A DNA stretch of 64,000 bases, from contig NC_058368.1 in the NCBI RefSeq assembly GCF_018350175.1, positions 97,838,001 through 97,902,000 of the forward strand. The letters run 5' to 3'. Below the pieces are notes generated by a model that saw nothing but the letters and a program-made list of their open reading frames with translations, was not told the origin of the DNA and ran no database searches. Both the position numbers and the translations under genes were made by a program. The stretch is from Felis catus (taxonomy: Eukaryota). Below, in pieces: positions 53,985 through 64,000 of this stretch; the stretch's first letter is position 1; each line of letters starts with the position of its first letter.

Positions 53985-55060
53985 TTTAGATCATTATGCA
54001 TTCACGTGCTGTGTAAAAAATAATACAGAGAGATCCTATGTAAACTTTACCCACTTTGGCCAATTGAAACATATTACAAAACTATAGTATAATGTCACAG
54101 CCAAGACATTGACCTTGATAGAATCAAGACACAAAACATTTTCATGACCACAAAGATACTTCATGATGCCATTTTTATGGCCACATGTACTTCCCTCTCA
54201 CACTTAACATACTACCCCTTAACCACTTAACTGTTCACCCACTTTCCATTTCTATAATTTTGCCATCTCCAAACTGTTACATAAATGGAATCATTTAGTA
54301 TGTAAGCTTTTGGGATTGGCTTTATTTCTCAGCATAGTTCTCTGGAGATTCATCCAGGTTCATTCCTCTTTTATTGCTGGGTAGAATTCCATGGCATCGA
54401 TGTATCACGGTTTATTTAAACATTCACTCACTGAAAGACCTGAGTTGTTTCTAGTTTTTGGTTGTTATGCATTAGCTGTTCTCAATATCCAAGGATATGT
54501 TTTATGAACAGCCTTCTCATTTCTCTGGGATAAATGCCCAAGAGTGTAATTGTTGGATTAGATGGTACTTGGATGCTTAGTTTAAGAAAGTGCCACAGTC
54601 TTCTCCAGAGTGGCTGTCATTTTACGTCCTCACCAGCTGTGTTTGAATGGTCAAGTTTCTTTACTTTCTTGCCAGAATTTTGTATTGTCACAATTTTTTT
54701 ATTTAAACTTCTGTGATAGGTATGTAGGGGTGTTTGATTGTGGCTTTCATTTGCATGTCCCTAATGGCGAAAGACATTAGACATCATTTCATATGCTTAT
54801 TTTCCATCTGCACATCCTTTTTACTCAAACATCTCTTCCTGTCTTTTGTCCATTTTCTAATCAGATTGTTTACTTTTTTACTCCAAGTGTGGGAGTTCTT
54901 TACATGTTACCGATATTACGTCTGTTGGATATGAGGTTTGCAAATATTTTCTCTCAGTCTCTAGCTTGTCTTTTCCTACTCTTAAAAGAACCTTTCACAT
55001 AGCAAATGGTTTTAGTTTTCATGAAGTCTAGTTTATTTATTTTTCATCTTGTGGATCATC
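53985..55060 (-). mobile_element. Old L1M (L1MC-like) 3' region
   Basis: aataatacagagagatcctatgta..caaaactatagtataatgtcacagccaagacattgac; gcaaatattttctctcagtctctagcttgtctttt. Confidence 0.85.
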
Positions 55061-55089
55061 TCTCTCCTGGATAATTGCAGTAGGACCAC

Positions 55090-55195
55090 TGTTATTTATT
55101 TTTTTAAGTAGGCTCCACACCCAATGTGGGGCTTGAGCTTACAACCCTGAGATCAAGAGTTGCTTGCTTTACAGACTGAGCCATGCTAGTGCCCC
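55090..55195 (-). mobile_element. Short Can-SINE
   Basis: taagtaggctccacacccaatgtggggcttgagct. Confidence 0.8.
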
Positions 55196-55199
55196 AATA

Positions 55200-55845
55200 G
55201 ATCCCCTGTTTTCTTGATTCTGCCCTTAACTACCAGTTGGCTATTGTTAACAGAGCAGAATGATCTTTTTAAATGTAATTGCTTGCTCAAGATTCTCCAC
55301 ACTTCCCATGTCACTCAGAATAAAAGCTAGTCTTGACAGTAGCTTACTATCTGGTCCCTCATTATCTATCTGACCTCTTTTCTTACCGTTCTCTTCGGCT
55401 CTCAGTTCTGGTTACACTGGCTTCCTTGGTGATAGTCTATCGGGCCAAGCAACCCTTGATCCAGGGCTCTAACCTCTTCTTTTTGTGTGGAAAATAGAAC
55501 CTTAGCTGTAAACTTTCTTATTTCTCTCAGGTCTTACTGAAAAGGGATCTTTTTAGTAAAGGCTTCCATGATTTCCCATTTAACATAGAAATGACCCATT
55601 TCTTACAGACCCAAATTCAGTTTGTTTTATTTTTCTTCATGATACTTATCAATATCTAACCTACTACATATTTGATGTATTTGAAAAGATGACCTGTCTT
55701 GTCTTCCAGAATTGAACTCCTTGGGAGAAAATGCTTTTGTCTGTTTTGTTCATAACCGTTCAACTGCAGGATCTAGAGAGCTTGTCACATAGTAGAGACT
55801 CAATAAGCATTTACAGAACGAAGAATGAAGAAATGAAGGAACGAG
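55200..55845 (+). mobile_element. L2 3' region
   Basis: cttcccatgtcactcagaataaaagc ... cttgtcacatagtagagactcaataagcattt..gaatgaa. Confidence 0.75.
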
Positions 55846-56059
55846 TAAAGTATGTCCCAGTGTGGAGAATCTTCACTGGTACCACTGGAATAATCTTTTC
55901 TTTTGTGAAGAGAGGTTTGCTTCCTTGAGAAATTCTGGATCTAGGAAACATGCCTTAAGAATCTTCCTTCTTCTAAATAAACAAACAAAAACAGAAACAG
56001 ACCTATAAATATAGAGAACAAACTGATGGCTATTAGAGGGGAGGGGCAAAATGGGTGTA

Positions 56060-57175
56060 GTGGGAAAAGAAGGGAATTGTCTTCCTTGGAATGAAGGGAT
56101 TAGAACTCTTAATGAAATTTCAACTCCTGATGAAGTCATAATCATCAGGGCTTACTAATGCTAAATATTGAAAGGCTGATGGGATCGTTATGGTGGAGGG
56201 GCTAAGCCGACAGCACTGGAACCCACTGATTAATCTCAACATGGTTAAACATGAGACAACCTTATGTGCTTACTGCTGTGATTTAATCGGAAGGCACACA
56301 ACACCACTTATAAAATAATCTTGTAATAATGAGAAACTGAATTGAAAACTAATTTTCTAGATCTAACTGCCTGTTTGGAAGGAATTATGGGTAATATAAG
56401 AACATCTTAAATGACATCACAAGATACAACCAACCAACTCCATGCTGCAGAAAACACTACAGGATAAATGATTTAGTTTCTTCAACAAATAAATGCCCCC
56501 TAAAAGGTAGGAAGAGCTCTCACAGACTAAAAGACACATTGACCAGATGCTGTGTGTGGATCTTGATTTATTTCTGTTTTTTAAAAAATGTTTATTTATT
56601 TATTTTTGAGGAGGGGTGGGGGGAGGGAGACCGACCCAAAGAGACTCTGACATGGAGCTTGAACCCCCGAACTCTATCATAACCTGAGCAGAAATCGAGA
56701 GTCAGATGCTTAACCAACTGAGCAACACAGATACCCCTGGATCTTGGTTTTAATGAATGAAGTATAAAAAAGACATTTGATATGATTAAGGGAATTGGAG
56801 TATGGCTTGGTTATAAAGTGATATAAAGAAATTGTGGTTAAATTTGTTCCATAAGATAATGATAGTGCTGGTTAAAAAAAACACAATTATCTATTGGATA
56901 TAAATACTGCTGCATTTAGTGAGAGATGATATAATGTCTGAGATTTTCTTCAAAATACAGTACTCCCCCACCCCCTCACACTCCTCCAAACATTGAAACT
57001 AAAAGAATTGAACAAAAAGCTATGTGTGTGGTGTGAGGGAAGGGGTGTGGTGGAAGGGACAAGAATGAGAGAATATTGATAATTGTTCATACTGGGTGAT
57101 AGGTCCGTGGCACCACATCCCTGTTGTGCAATTTCTTTTGCTTTTTCTATGCTGGAAAATTTCTACCACAAGAAG
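56060..57175 (+). mobile_element. Old L1ME-like 3'UTR with a nested Can-SINE (- 56575-56737)
   Basis: ctacaggataaatgatttagtttcttcaacaaataaat; gatataatgtctgagattttcttcaaaata. Confidence 0.7.
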
Positions 57176-58289
57176 TTTTTTTTAAATTCCTTTTTGCACC
57201 TTCTTACCTAGGGATTCTCCAAGAAACAGGAAGATTGAATCTCATCAGCAAATTCTCACAAGGGGGTATTTGTCCTGTTTTCACTCTCCCTGCTTGGAGA
57301 CTGATGTTCCACACGTCCTTTCAGATTTGGACTTGCCTTTGTCCAGTGGGGACTTCTGGGAGCCTGCCTCATTCCAGCACACCCGTACTCCCCCCGGATC
57401 ACGGCCACTGCCCCAAAAGGGGGTGTCTCTCATTTTAGACTGGGATCAGAAGGATCCAGATGGGTTGCCGCTTATAACTGGTATACATTTCAGCCCACGA
57501 GCAGAGGTGTGCAAGAAATAGTATGAAATTGTTTTTGTAACTCCACTTAATTTGTATTTTAAGCCTGGATCCCGCTGAAGTCCTGTTTGGATTTCTACCC
57601 ATCCCTCTGCGGAAATCATACAGAGCCACAGTCATGAGGGTTGAGGTGAGAGCATGATTACTGTTTAGAGGGGTATACACTTGTAGCTTAGAGGTCCAGT
57701 GGCTCGGTTGCCATGTTTCCTTTTGGTTTGGTGACTCTTGTGTCATGGGTGGGACAGGTTGGTTCTGCTCATATGCACAACACAGCCATCTCCTCCGAGA
57801 GTTTTTGCCATATCTAACCCTCTGACCGCACTTTAGAGATTCCTTTTCTTTCATGGTCCACGGACCTCTCTGTGATGATATAGATCTTAAGCTAGCAGGA
57901 AAAGAAGACAGTAAGTGTATAATTTCAAAGTTCCTGCTTCTGATAGGTTTCTGCTCAAGTATCCTCACTTTCCTGTGGAGTTTGGGATTTTAGAAATAAA
58001 AGCCCAGATGATAAGCACAGTATTGCTGCTTTCAGCCCTGCATGTCTTTCCTCTGGCCAGTGAACCCAGAGCCTGCTTCCCACTTGAATGCAGAAGGGAA
58101 AGGGTAAAAAATAAAGGGAGAAAGGGAAAAAAAGTCAACAAGAACAGATTCGCATCTCAAAATATCCTTTTACTCTTAAGAAGATGAGAGCTGAATTCAC
58201 GGGAAAGGTTCCATTGGGAAAAAGGAATGACTCTTGAAAATGGGTCTCCGCATTTGCAAAGGCTGTGTGGGATCCAGGTCCCCAGAATG

Positions 58290-58415
58290 CTCTGACATCA
58301 TCAGTGAGGTCAGAGAACTCTGCTGTGGGCCTGGTGACCTTTGAACCTTAACAGCCCTGTGCTGTAGCGAACCCTGGGCAGTGCTGCTCGTTCTCTGAGT
58401 CGTCTGACGTCCTCA
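58290..58415 (+). promoter_or_regulatory. Putative FAM170A proximal promoter with CRE-like sites and a DR1
   Basis: TGACATCA 58293-58300, TGAGGTCA 58305-58312, TGACCT-t-TGAACC 58335-58347 and TGACGTCC 58405-58412, all within about 260 nt of the ATG. Confidence 0.45.
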
Positions 58416-58554
58416 GCCATTTAGGGGACTCAACTATTTTTGCTTATATTGGGCCATTTCATCATATTTTCTGAGAGTCAAGAAGGGCCAACCAGCGAGG
58501 GAAAAGAAGAGCTGGGGGTTAGGTGTCTTCTAAGAAGCTTCTGTAGCTGGTACC

Positions 58555-58624
58555 ATGAAACAGAGACAAAAGAGGAAACATCTGGAAGATGAAGAGTCCC
58601 AGGAAACGGCTGAGCAGGGAGGAG
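58555..58624 (+). CDS. FAM170A: FAM170A coding exon 1
   Basis: accATG; MKQRQKRKHLEDEESQETAEQGG resembles the FAM170A N-terminus; donor G|gtatgt at 58625, phase 1. Confidence 0.93.
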
Positions 58625-59785
58625 GTATGTGCTGGGCATCTTGTCTGGGGGGGGCACAGAGGCTGCGGCCAGTCTGCGCCTCCCCCAGGGAGGCGGGCAG
58701 CAGATGTTGCTGCGTCTGTCCTGAGGGTCCCCGGTGGTGTGAGATGGCACAGGAAGGCCAGATGCCCCCCAAAAGCCAGGGATTCATCCCTGCCAGTCTG
58801 AGAACTTCTCTCTTGGCCTGTTCAGGCCTGGAGCTATGCTGGACTCAGAGCAGGCTGGGGTCCCGCTTGCCCAGGCTCAGTCCTGTGTTCTCTTTTATCC
58901 TCTTTATGTGATTTTCCTCTGGGGTCCCTGGGTGTGGGGTGTGATGGGTGTGGATAGAGATCGACCCATCAAAGAGGAAAGAGAAGCCTTGCTCAAAAAC
59001 ATTTTGAGAAGTGACATGCCTGTGCAGAAGGAGATGGTCTAGGGATGGCATCATACCGAAAGTGTGGAGATCGTATTCCTTTAGCAGGAAGAATTTGCCA
59101 GTTGATCCATGAGAGTTTGTGAATCTACAGGTGTGGGCTTTCCAGAGGGGATCAAAGGAAGGGAGGGGTCTTTTACAGACCATGCCCAGATGGAGGGGGG
59201 TGAGAAATGTAGTCAGGGACTTTCAGGGAGCTCCGAAAGCTGTGGATTTACTTCCTAGGGTGCATGGTGACTGCGTGCGTTTTACACAAACAAGTAGCTT
59301 GTCCTGAGAAAGTGGTTGGTCACATGCAAGTGGTGGGGCAGAGTGGAGACCACCCCAGAGATCCAGCTGGAGGCTTCTGTCCCAAATTAGAGCTCTCTCA
59401 TCAGCTTCCACGAGGTCCAGGGCCCTGAAGAGTGTAAGATGGGCCCTGGGAATGGAGTCCTGGACAGGAGGAGGATTTTGATGCAGCAGCTGGGATAGGA
59501 CAGAGAAAGCAATGATTGGCAAGATACGTTTGTCTCTTTGTGTGTGATGGGGCGGGGGGAGCAATGGGGAGAAGGGGGAGAGTGTCCTTAGCTGTGAAGT
59601 CTGTCTTGTAAGGTTCCTGTCACTTACCCATATACATTTTGATAGAGAAAAAAATTGCACATCTGCACACACACTATTTTATTAAATTGTACAGAGCATA
59701 TAGGCATATATGCATATCACTCATCCACTGTGTTCACATACGATCCATGTGTATCGAAGTCTTCTCCCGTTACACCAAACTCTGG

Positions 59786-59950
59786 AGTATAAGTGTGTCA
59801 CAGATACTCTATGGTACATACTTACACTAAAAATAAGCATGACCCAAATATTGCATGGGAACACTCGCAAATAAAAATTATTTGTGGTTTACCTGAAATG
59901 CAAATTTAACTGGGCGTCCTCCATTGTTGTCTGCTAACTCTGGGAACCCT
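59786..59950. mobile_element. MER53 palindromic MITE (partial) in FAM170A intron 1
   Basis: cccaaatattgcatggga...tttacctgaaatgcaaatttaactgggcgtcct...tgctaactctgggaaccct matches the recalled MER53 arm. Confidence 0.8.
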
Positions 59951-60497
59951 TGTATACTTCACACCAGCTGACATATCATACCCTGATTAGTGTCTGTCTT
60001 CTACCAGAACGTTCAACATTCCCAGAGCCTAGAAGAGTGCCTGATACATAGTAGCTGAACACTGTTGAAGGAATGGATAAATGAATGATTGAATACACGC
60101 CATAAATACAGACCATATTATATAAATCAGGAAATGTGACATGTCGCATGGTTCCTGAGTTGTGAATACACGCTATGCTCCAAATGCTCTATGCGTTTCT
60201 ACCCTGCTCGCCACACCGTCCCCACAGGCGTGAAAGGTTTGACTGATACATGTTATTCTCACGTGTCAGACATCCTGTTCACAGCCACCATTCAGGCCTT
60301 CGCTTCTGACAAGACACTAACAAAATAGTTATCGATAGTAACTAAATGCAGGAGTATCCATGGAGGACCAGACAGTCGACCACGTGTATTCGCTGCACCT
60401 GACCCAGGTCAGACCCTCTGTTAATATTTGTTGGATGGATGAGTGATGCATTAGCATGCCCCACCCATGGTGTCTCAGGCTTTCCTATCTTTCTCAG

Positions 60498-60638
60498 GAG
60501 TCTCGAAGTTGCAGGAGGATGCCCTTCAGCTTGGATCCCCTGGGGTGGCCAAAGGCTGGGGCGCAGGGGTAGGGGAGGTGTCCTCTGCCTCTGAATACTT
60601 CTCCTGTGTTTCTTCTCCACGCAAGTTCATCCATGGTG
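60498..60638 (+). CDS. FAM170A: FAM170A coding exon 2
   Basis: Acceptor tttctcag, 141 nt, phase 1 to 1, (G)VSKLQEDALQLGSPGVAKGWGAGVGEVSSASEYFSCVSSPRKFIHG; donor gtaagc at 60639. Confidence 0.93.
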
Positions 60639-61439
60639 GTAAGCGTTCAGGGCTCCTTGGATGTGGGGCCCCTTGTGTTCGGGGCTGGAGACACACAGAT
60701 CCAGGAGAGGCTGGGAAGGCATCCAGGACAGTCAGAAGTGATCAGGGCTCAACGGAGGAGCCCGGGAAGATGACGTAGCTGTTGGGAGAGTGTGGATACG
60801 AGCTCCATGTGGGAGAGCGTGAGCCCTGGTGCAATCATAGTGGGGAAGTTAAGATACAAGGGCCAGAAAGGTCCGAGCTCGAGCTGTCGGGCTGAGGGAC
60901 AGAATTAAGCACCTTCAGAGGAGCTGTGCAGGCTTTGCCTTTATCCTTACTTCCAGAGAAGGGCGGAGCATCTCAGCACAGGCCTCTCTGGCTCTGGAGC
61001 AAGACCATCCAGTTCAGATCCCCACGCCTGACGCCCACCATTCACTCCACGCACGTCCATTCTTAGCACGCACACCCCAAGCCTGTGATCTACAGTGCCA
61101 TGTTCTCCACCACTGTCCCCATGCCACATGCACACGTACCCCGATGGTAGCCCCAACTCAGCTTCTGCTCATGGCACGCGCAACCCACCACCGTCCCTCA
61201 CGTTCTGCAATGCCCTGCTACCTGACTCCACACCCCCACATACAGACGCCCCCCAGTCTCCCTACAAACACTCAAAGCCTGCAGATGCCACCAGATACAC
61301 CCCCCCACCACCCCGGAGTATGAACACCAACACCAAGCTGCTTACACCAACAGCCCCTCTGCCCTCTACCACACTTGAAGCTCCTTCAGCTTCTGGCCGG
61401 CCCCACGCACGTTCTTATGTCTCTAATTTCCTTTCCCAG

Positions 61440-62161
61440 GACTCCGGAGAGTACATCGAGACAGTACCCAGCCTAGATCACCCCTAGTCCAGGGTCAGGA
61501 GCGAGGGGAGACTGCTCCCCCCTCACACCAGGTCTCCTTCTCGTCCCCTTCATCCTATAAGACCTGTGTGTCCTCTGTGTACAGAAACAAAGAGGAAAGG
61601 GGCATGAAAATATACTACATGCAGGTACAAATGCAAAAGGGTGTGGCTGTCTCCTGGGAGACAGAGGAGACCTCGGAGTCACTAGAGAAGCAGCCGAGGA
61701 TGGAAGAAGTGACCCTTCCTGAGAACGTGCGGGTAGGTACTCCCCCCTCTGATGTGTCCACCAGAAACCTGCTGTCTGACAGCGAGCCCAGCGGGGAGGA
61801 CAAGGACCACGAGGAGCGGGCAGAGTCAGACAGCCCGCCAGGCTCACCCACTGTTGAGGAGAGACCCAGGGCCAAGACCCCCGACTGGCTGGTGACCGTG
61901 GAGACTGGCTTCCGATGCATGGCCTGCTGCCGGGTCTTCTCCACCTTGGAGGTCCTCCAGGAGCACGTCCAGTACGGGATCAGGGAGGGCTTCAGCTGCC
62001 ATGTGTTCCACCTCACCATGGCTCAGTTGACGGGCATCGTGGAACCTGAGTGCACCCAGGAGGAGGAGGATGAGAACGAGGAGGAGGGGGAAGAGAAGCA
62101 GGAAGAAAAGAACAAGAAGGAGCAGCCCGCGCAGGAGGACCCTCGTGTGAAGCGACCCTGA
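61440..62161 (+). CDS. FAM170A: FAM170A coding exon 3 (degenerate zinc-finger-like region and acidic tract); spliced ORF is 310 aa to TGA 62159-62161
   Basis: Acceptor ctttcccag, in frame with ORF 61568-62161; motifs MKIYYMQVQM, AKTPDWLVT, GFRCMACCRVF..LQEHVQYGIREGFSCHVFH and an E-rich tract. The exon probably continues to donor gtgag at 62206. Confidence 0.93.
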
Positions 62162-62369
62162 AGCCAGTGCCCAGGCTGTGTGTTTCATTCTCCAAAGGAC
62201 AACAAGTGAGCTGGGGCTGAGCGTGTGAGGGCTCTGTGCCTTCTCCACAACACTCCTGTCTCTCCCATCCAGGCTCACGCCTCCAGAATGGAGAGTGGGG
62301 GGTTTTGACAGCTCAGGGGACACCTTAAGGAGGGGGGGTGGGTGAGCGGGCCCCTTGCTTCTTGTCCAG

Positions 62370-62573
62370 GCATTTGATACAGTTATGACTGTCAGTGGGG
62401 ATTTATCCCGAGCTTTTCAGCTCCCGCAGGAAGTCCTGCAAATTTCTGAGGGCTAACCGAGCACCTTTCCTCTTGAACCAAGAAGCGTCTTTCTCTGTTC
62501 TGGTTTCCACACAGCAGTTGAGATCCATGAGCCATAAATTCCTGGAAGACGGTGTGGCCTTCTTTTGGGAGAA
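62370..62573 (+). other. FAM170A: Probable FAM170A exon 4 (3'UTR in this sequence); acceptor ambiguous (62370, 62421 or 62430)
   Basis: Three candidate YAG acceptors and a donor AA|gtaagt at 62574. Inferred from splice motifs only. Confidence 0.4.
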
Positions 62574-62764
62574 GTAAGTAAGGCCTGAGGTTGGTGTGGT
62601 CTGAGCTGATGTCAGGGGGTCCCAGGGGAATCTAGGGGAAGGAATTACATGGCCACACTGGGTTACCTTGTGGCTCCGCAGTGGCATCAGCTTGTGTCAT
62701 ACTCAGTGCGTCCAGGAAATTGATCTCCATTTCCTTAAGTGAGAAAGAATTGAAAAAAAATATC

Positions 62765-62976
62765 ATTTTAGTTTGTAAAATTTATTTTGAAAGAGAGAGG
62801 AGGTGGGAAGAGGCAGAGAGAGAAGGAGAGAGAGAGAGAGAGAGAGAAAATCACAAGCAGGCTCCTCACCATCAGCACAGAGCCTGACACGGGGCTTGAA
62901 CTCACAAACCGTGAGAGCGTGACTTGAGCCAGAACCAAGAGTCGGATGCTCAACTGATGTAGCTGCCCAGGTGCCC
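62765..62976 (-). mobile_element. Can-SINE in the FAM170A 3' region
   Basis: Reverse-complement body; tgagaaag on both flanks. Confidence 0.88.
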
Positions 62977-63424
62977 TGAGAAAGTGAGAGTTTTGATTGG
63001 CATTTATTTCATTGACTGCATGACTGACCTGAGCTCTAAGAGCAAATACTGCCAGCAGCCCTTCTGGGATGAGAGCTCATTGCAACTTCAAGGGCTAGGA
63101 GTGGTCTGGAGAGAGGACATGGGGCCTAGCAGGACCAGAGGTTTGAGGTGTGAGAAACTTCGGCCAAAACCAGCAGAGGGCCCATGGATGTAGCCCTCTG
63201 GAAGAAAGCAGAGTGTGGAGGGAGAGAAACAAGGAAGTGAGCCCCCAAGAGATCTGGGAATATTCCAGAACCTTCCGTTTGCTATAGTAGGTCTGGAAAT
63301 AAACTCAGTGTGGTGTGTGTGGCTCTGAGCTTTAAGGCAAAGGTGAAGGGTCACCCTGGCTCACGGAGCTCACGTTCACTTCTTGTCTCTTCCTGTTCTG
63401 CCTTATGTGTTTAATCAATTCCAG

Positions 63425-63560
63425 GGAGAAGAAAGGATCCTGGGGATAGGAGCAGATAAAATGCCAATGATGTGAAGAAAGATGAAGGAACCGGCATTCA
63501 ATCTGGCATCACATGAAAATATAAATACCATATGCAATAAAGGCTGTTTTCCAAACCTTA
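63425..63560 (+). terminator. FAM170A: Probable FAM170A terminal non-coding exon with poly(A) signal
   Basis: Pyrimidine-rich tract 63375-63420, ccag at 63421-63424, AATAAA at 63536-63541. Confidence 0.5.
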
Positions 63561-63585
63561 CCTGGATATGTTCTTTAAGTGAAGT

Positions 63586-63634
63586 TATCTATCTATCTAT
63601 CTATCTATCTGTCTGTCTGTCTGTCTGTCTATCT
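63586..63634. repeat. (TCTA)n(TCTG)n microsatellite
   Basis: Seen directly. Confidence 0.9.
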
Positions 63635-64000
63635 ACCATCTACATCTTTCCCTCTAGTGGCTCATGAACCAGGTCTCCTATAAGCACCAAAGACGCCCAC
63701 AATCCTTTTCCCGCAGCAACAGTACTGAAGCACTCGGGATTGATTAGGCTTTTGTGTGACTGTTTTCACAAGGCTGGATTCCACAAATGACAAACTACAC
63801 TGGCTTCAGAAGAGGTCGTCGGTAAGTAGCGGGTGCTGTAAAAACTGTGTCCCGTGGGTCGTGTTTGAAAGCAGTGTGAAGGCAGTCTTCAGAAGGCTGC
63901 TGGCTGGTGTGCATATCTCCCCAGGTCTGGCCTGGATGAGGGCTTATGAGTTGTGGCTTCACAAGGAAACACCAGGACAGAGGAGAAATTTCTGAGTTTT

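Noticed and set aside
58625..58911. Cys-rich continuation of the 118-aa ORF
   Set aside because: It lies beyond the exon 1 donor and is intronic.
62159..62161. TGA read as selenocysteine or programmed readthrough
   Set aside because: I see no SECIS, the 3' context (AGC) is not the CTAG readthrough motif, and the recalled orthologous residue is Trp rather than Cys. A nonsense change or error is simpler.
61473..62323. Long antisense ORFs over FAM170A exon 3
   Set aside because: Shadow ORFs of GC-rich coding sequence.

Overview
Mammalian genomic DNA from a carnivore, most likely a cat or other felid, judged from dense tRNA-derived Can-SINEs of the SINEC_Fc type and carnivore L1 3' ends. The window holds the last coding exon and 3'UTR of HSD17B4 (+, ending in the PTS1 signal AKL) at about 1.7-2.1 kb. 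A repeat-rich interval of about 56 kb follows, with about 50 SINEs, L1/L2/L3/MIR, ERVL/MaLR LTRs and hAT, Tigger and mariner fossils. The window ends with the testis gene FAM170A (+, three coding exons at 58.5-62.2 kb plus probable 3'UTR exons). I see no convincing wholly new biological system. The best leads are: an in-frame TGA in FAM170A where I recall orthologs having Trp, with the conserved tail intact behind it; a young sense SINE carrying AATAAA just upstream of the PTS1 exon of HSD17B4; a strong antisense SINE skew and orphan exon-like segments suggesting + strand transcription across the interval; a mariner transposase fossil; and several unusual SINE structures. Gene and repeat family names come from recognition, not database searches, and repeat boundaries are approximate.
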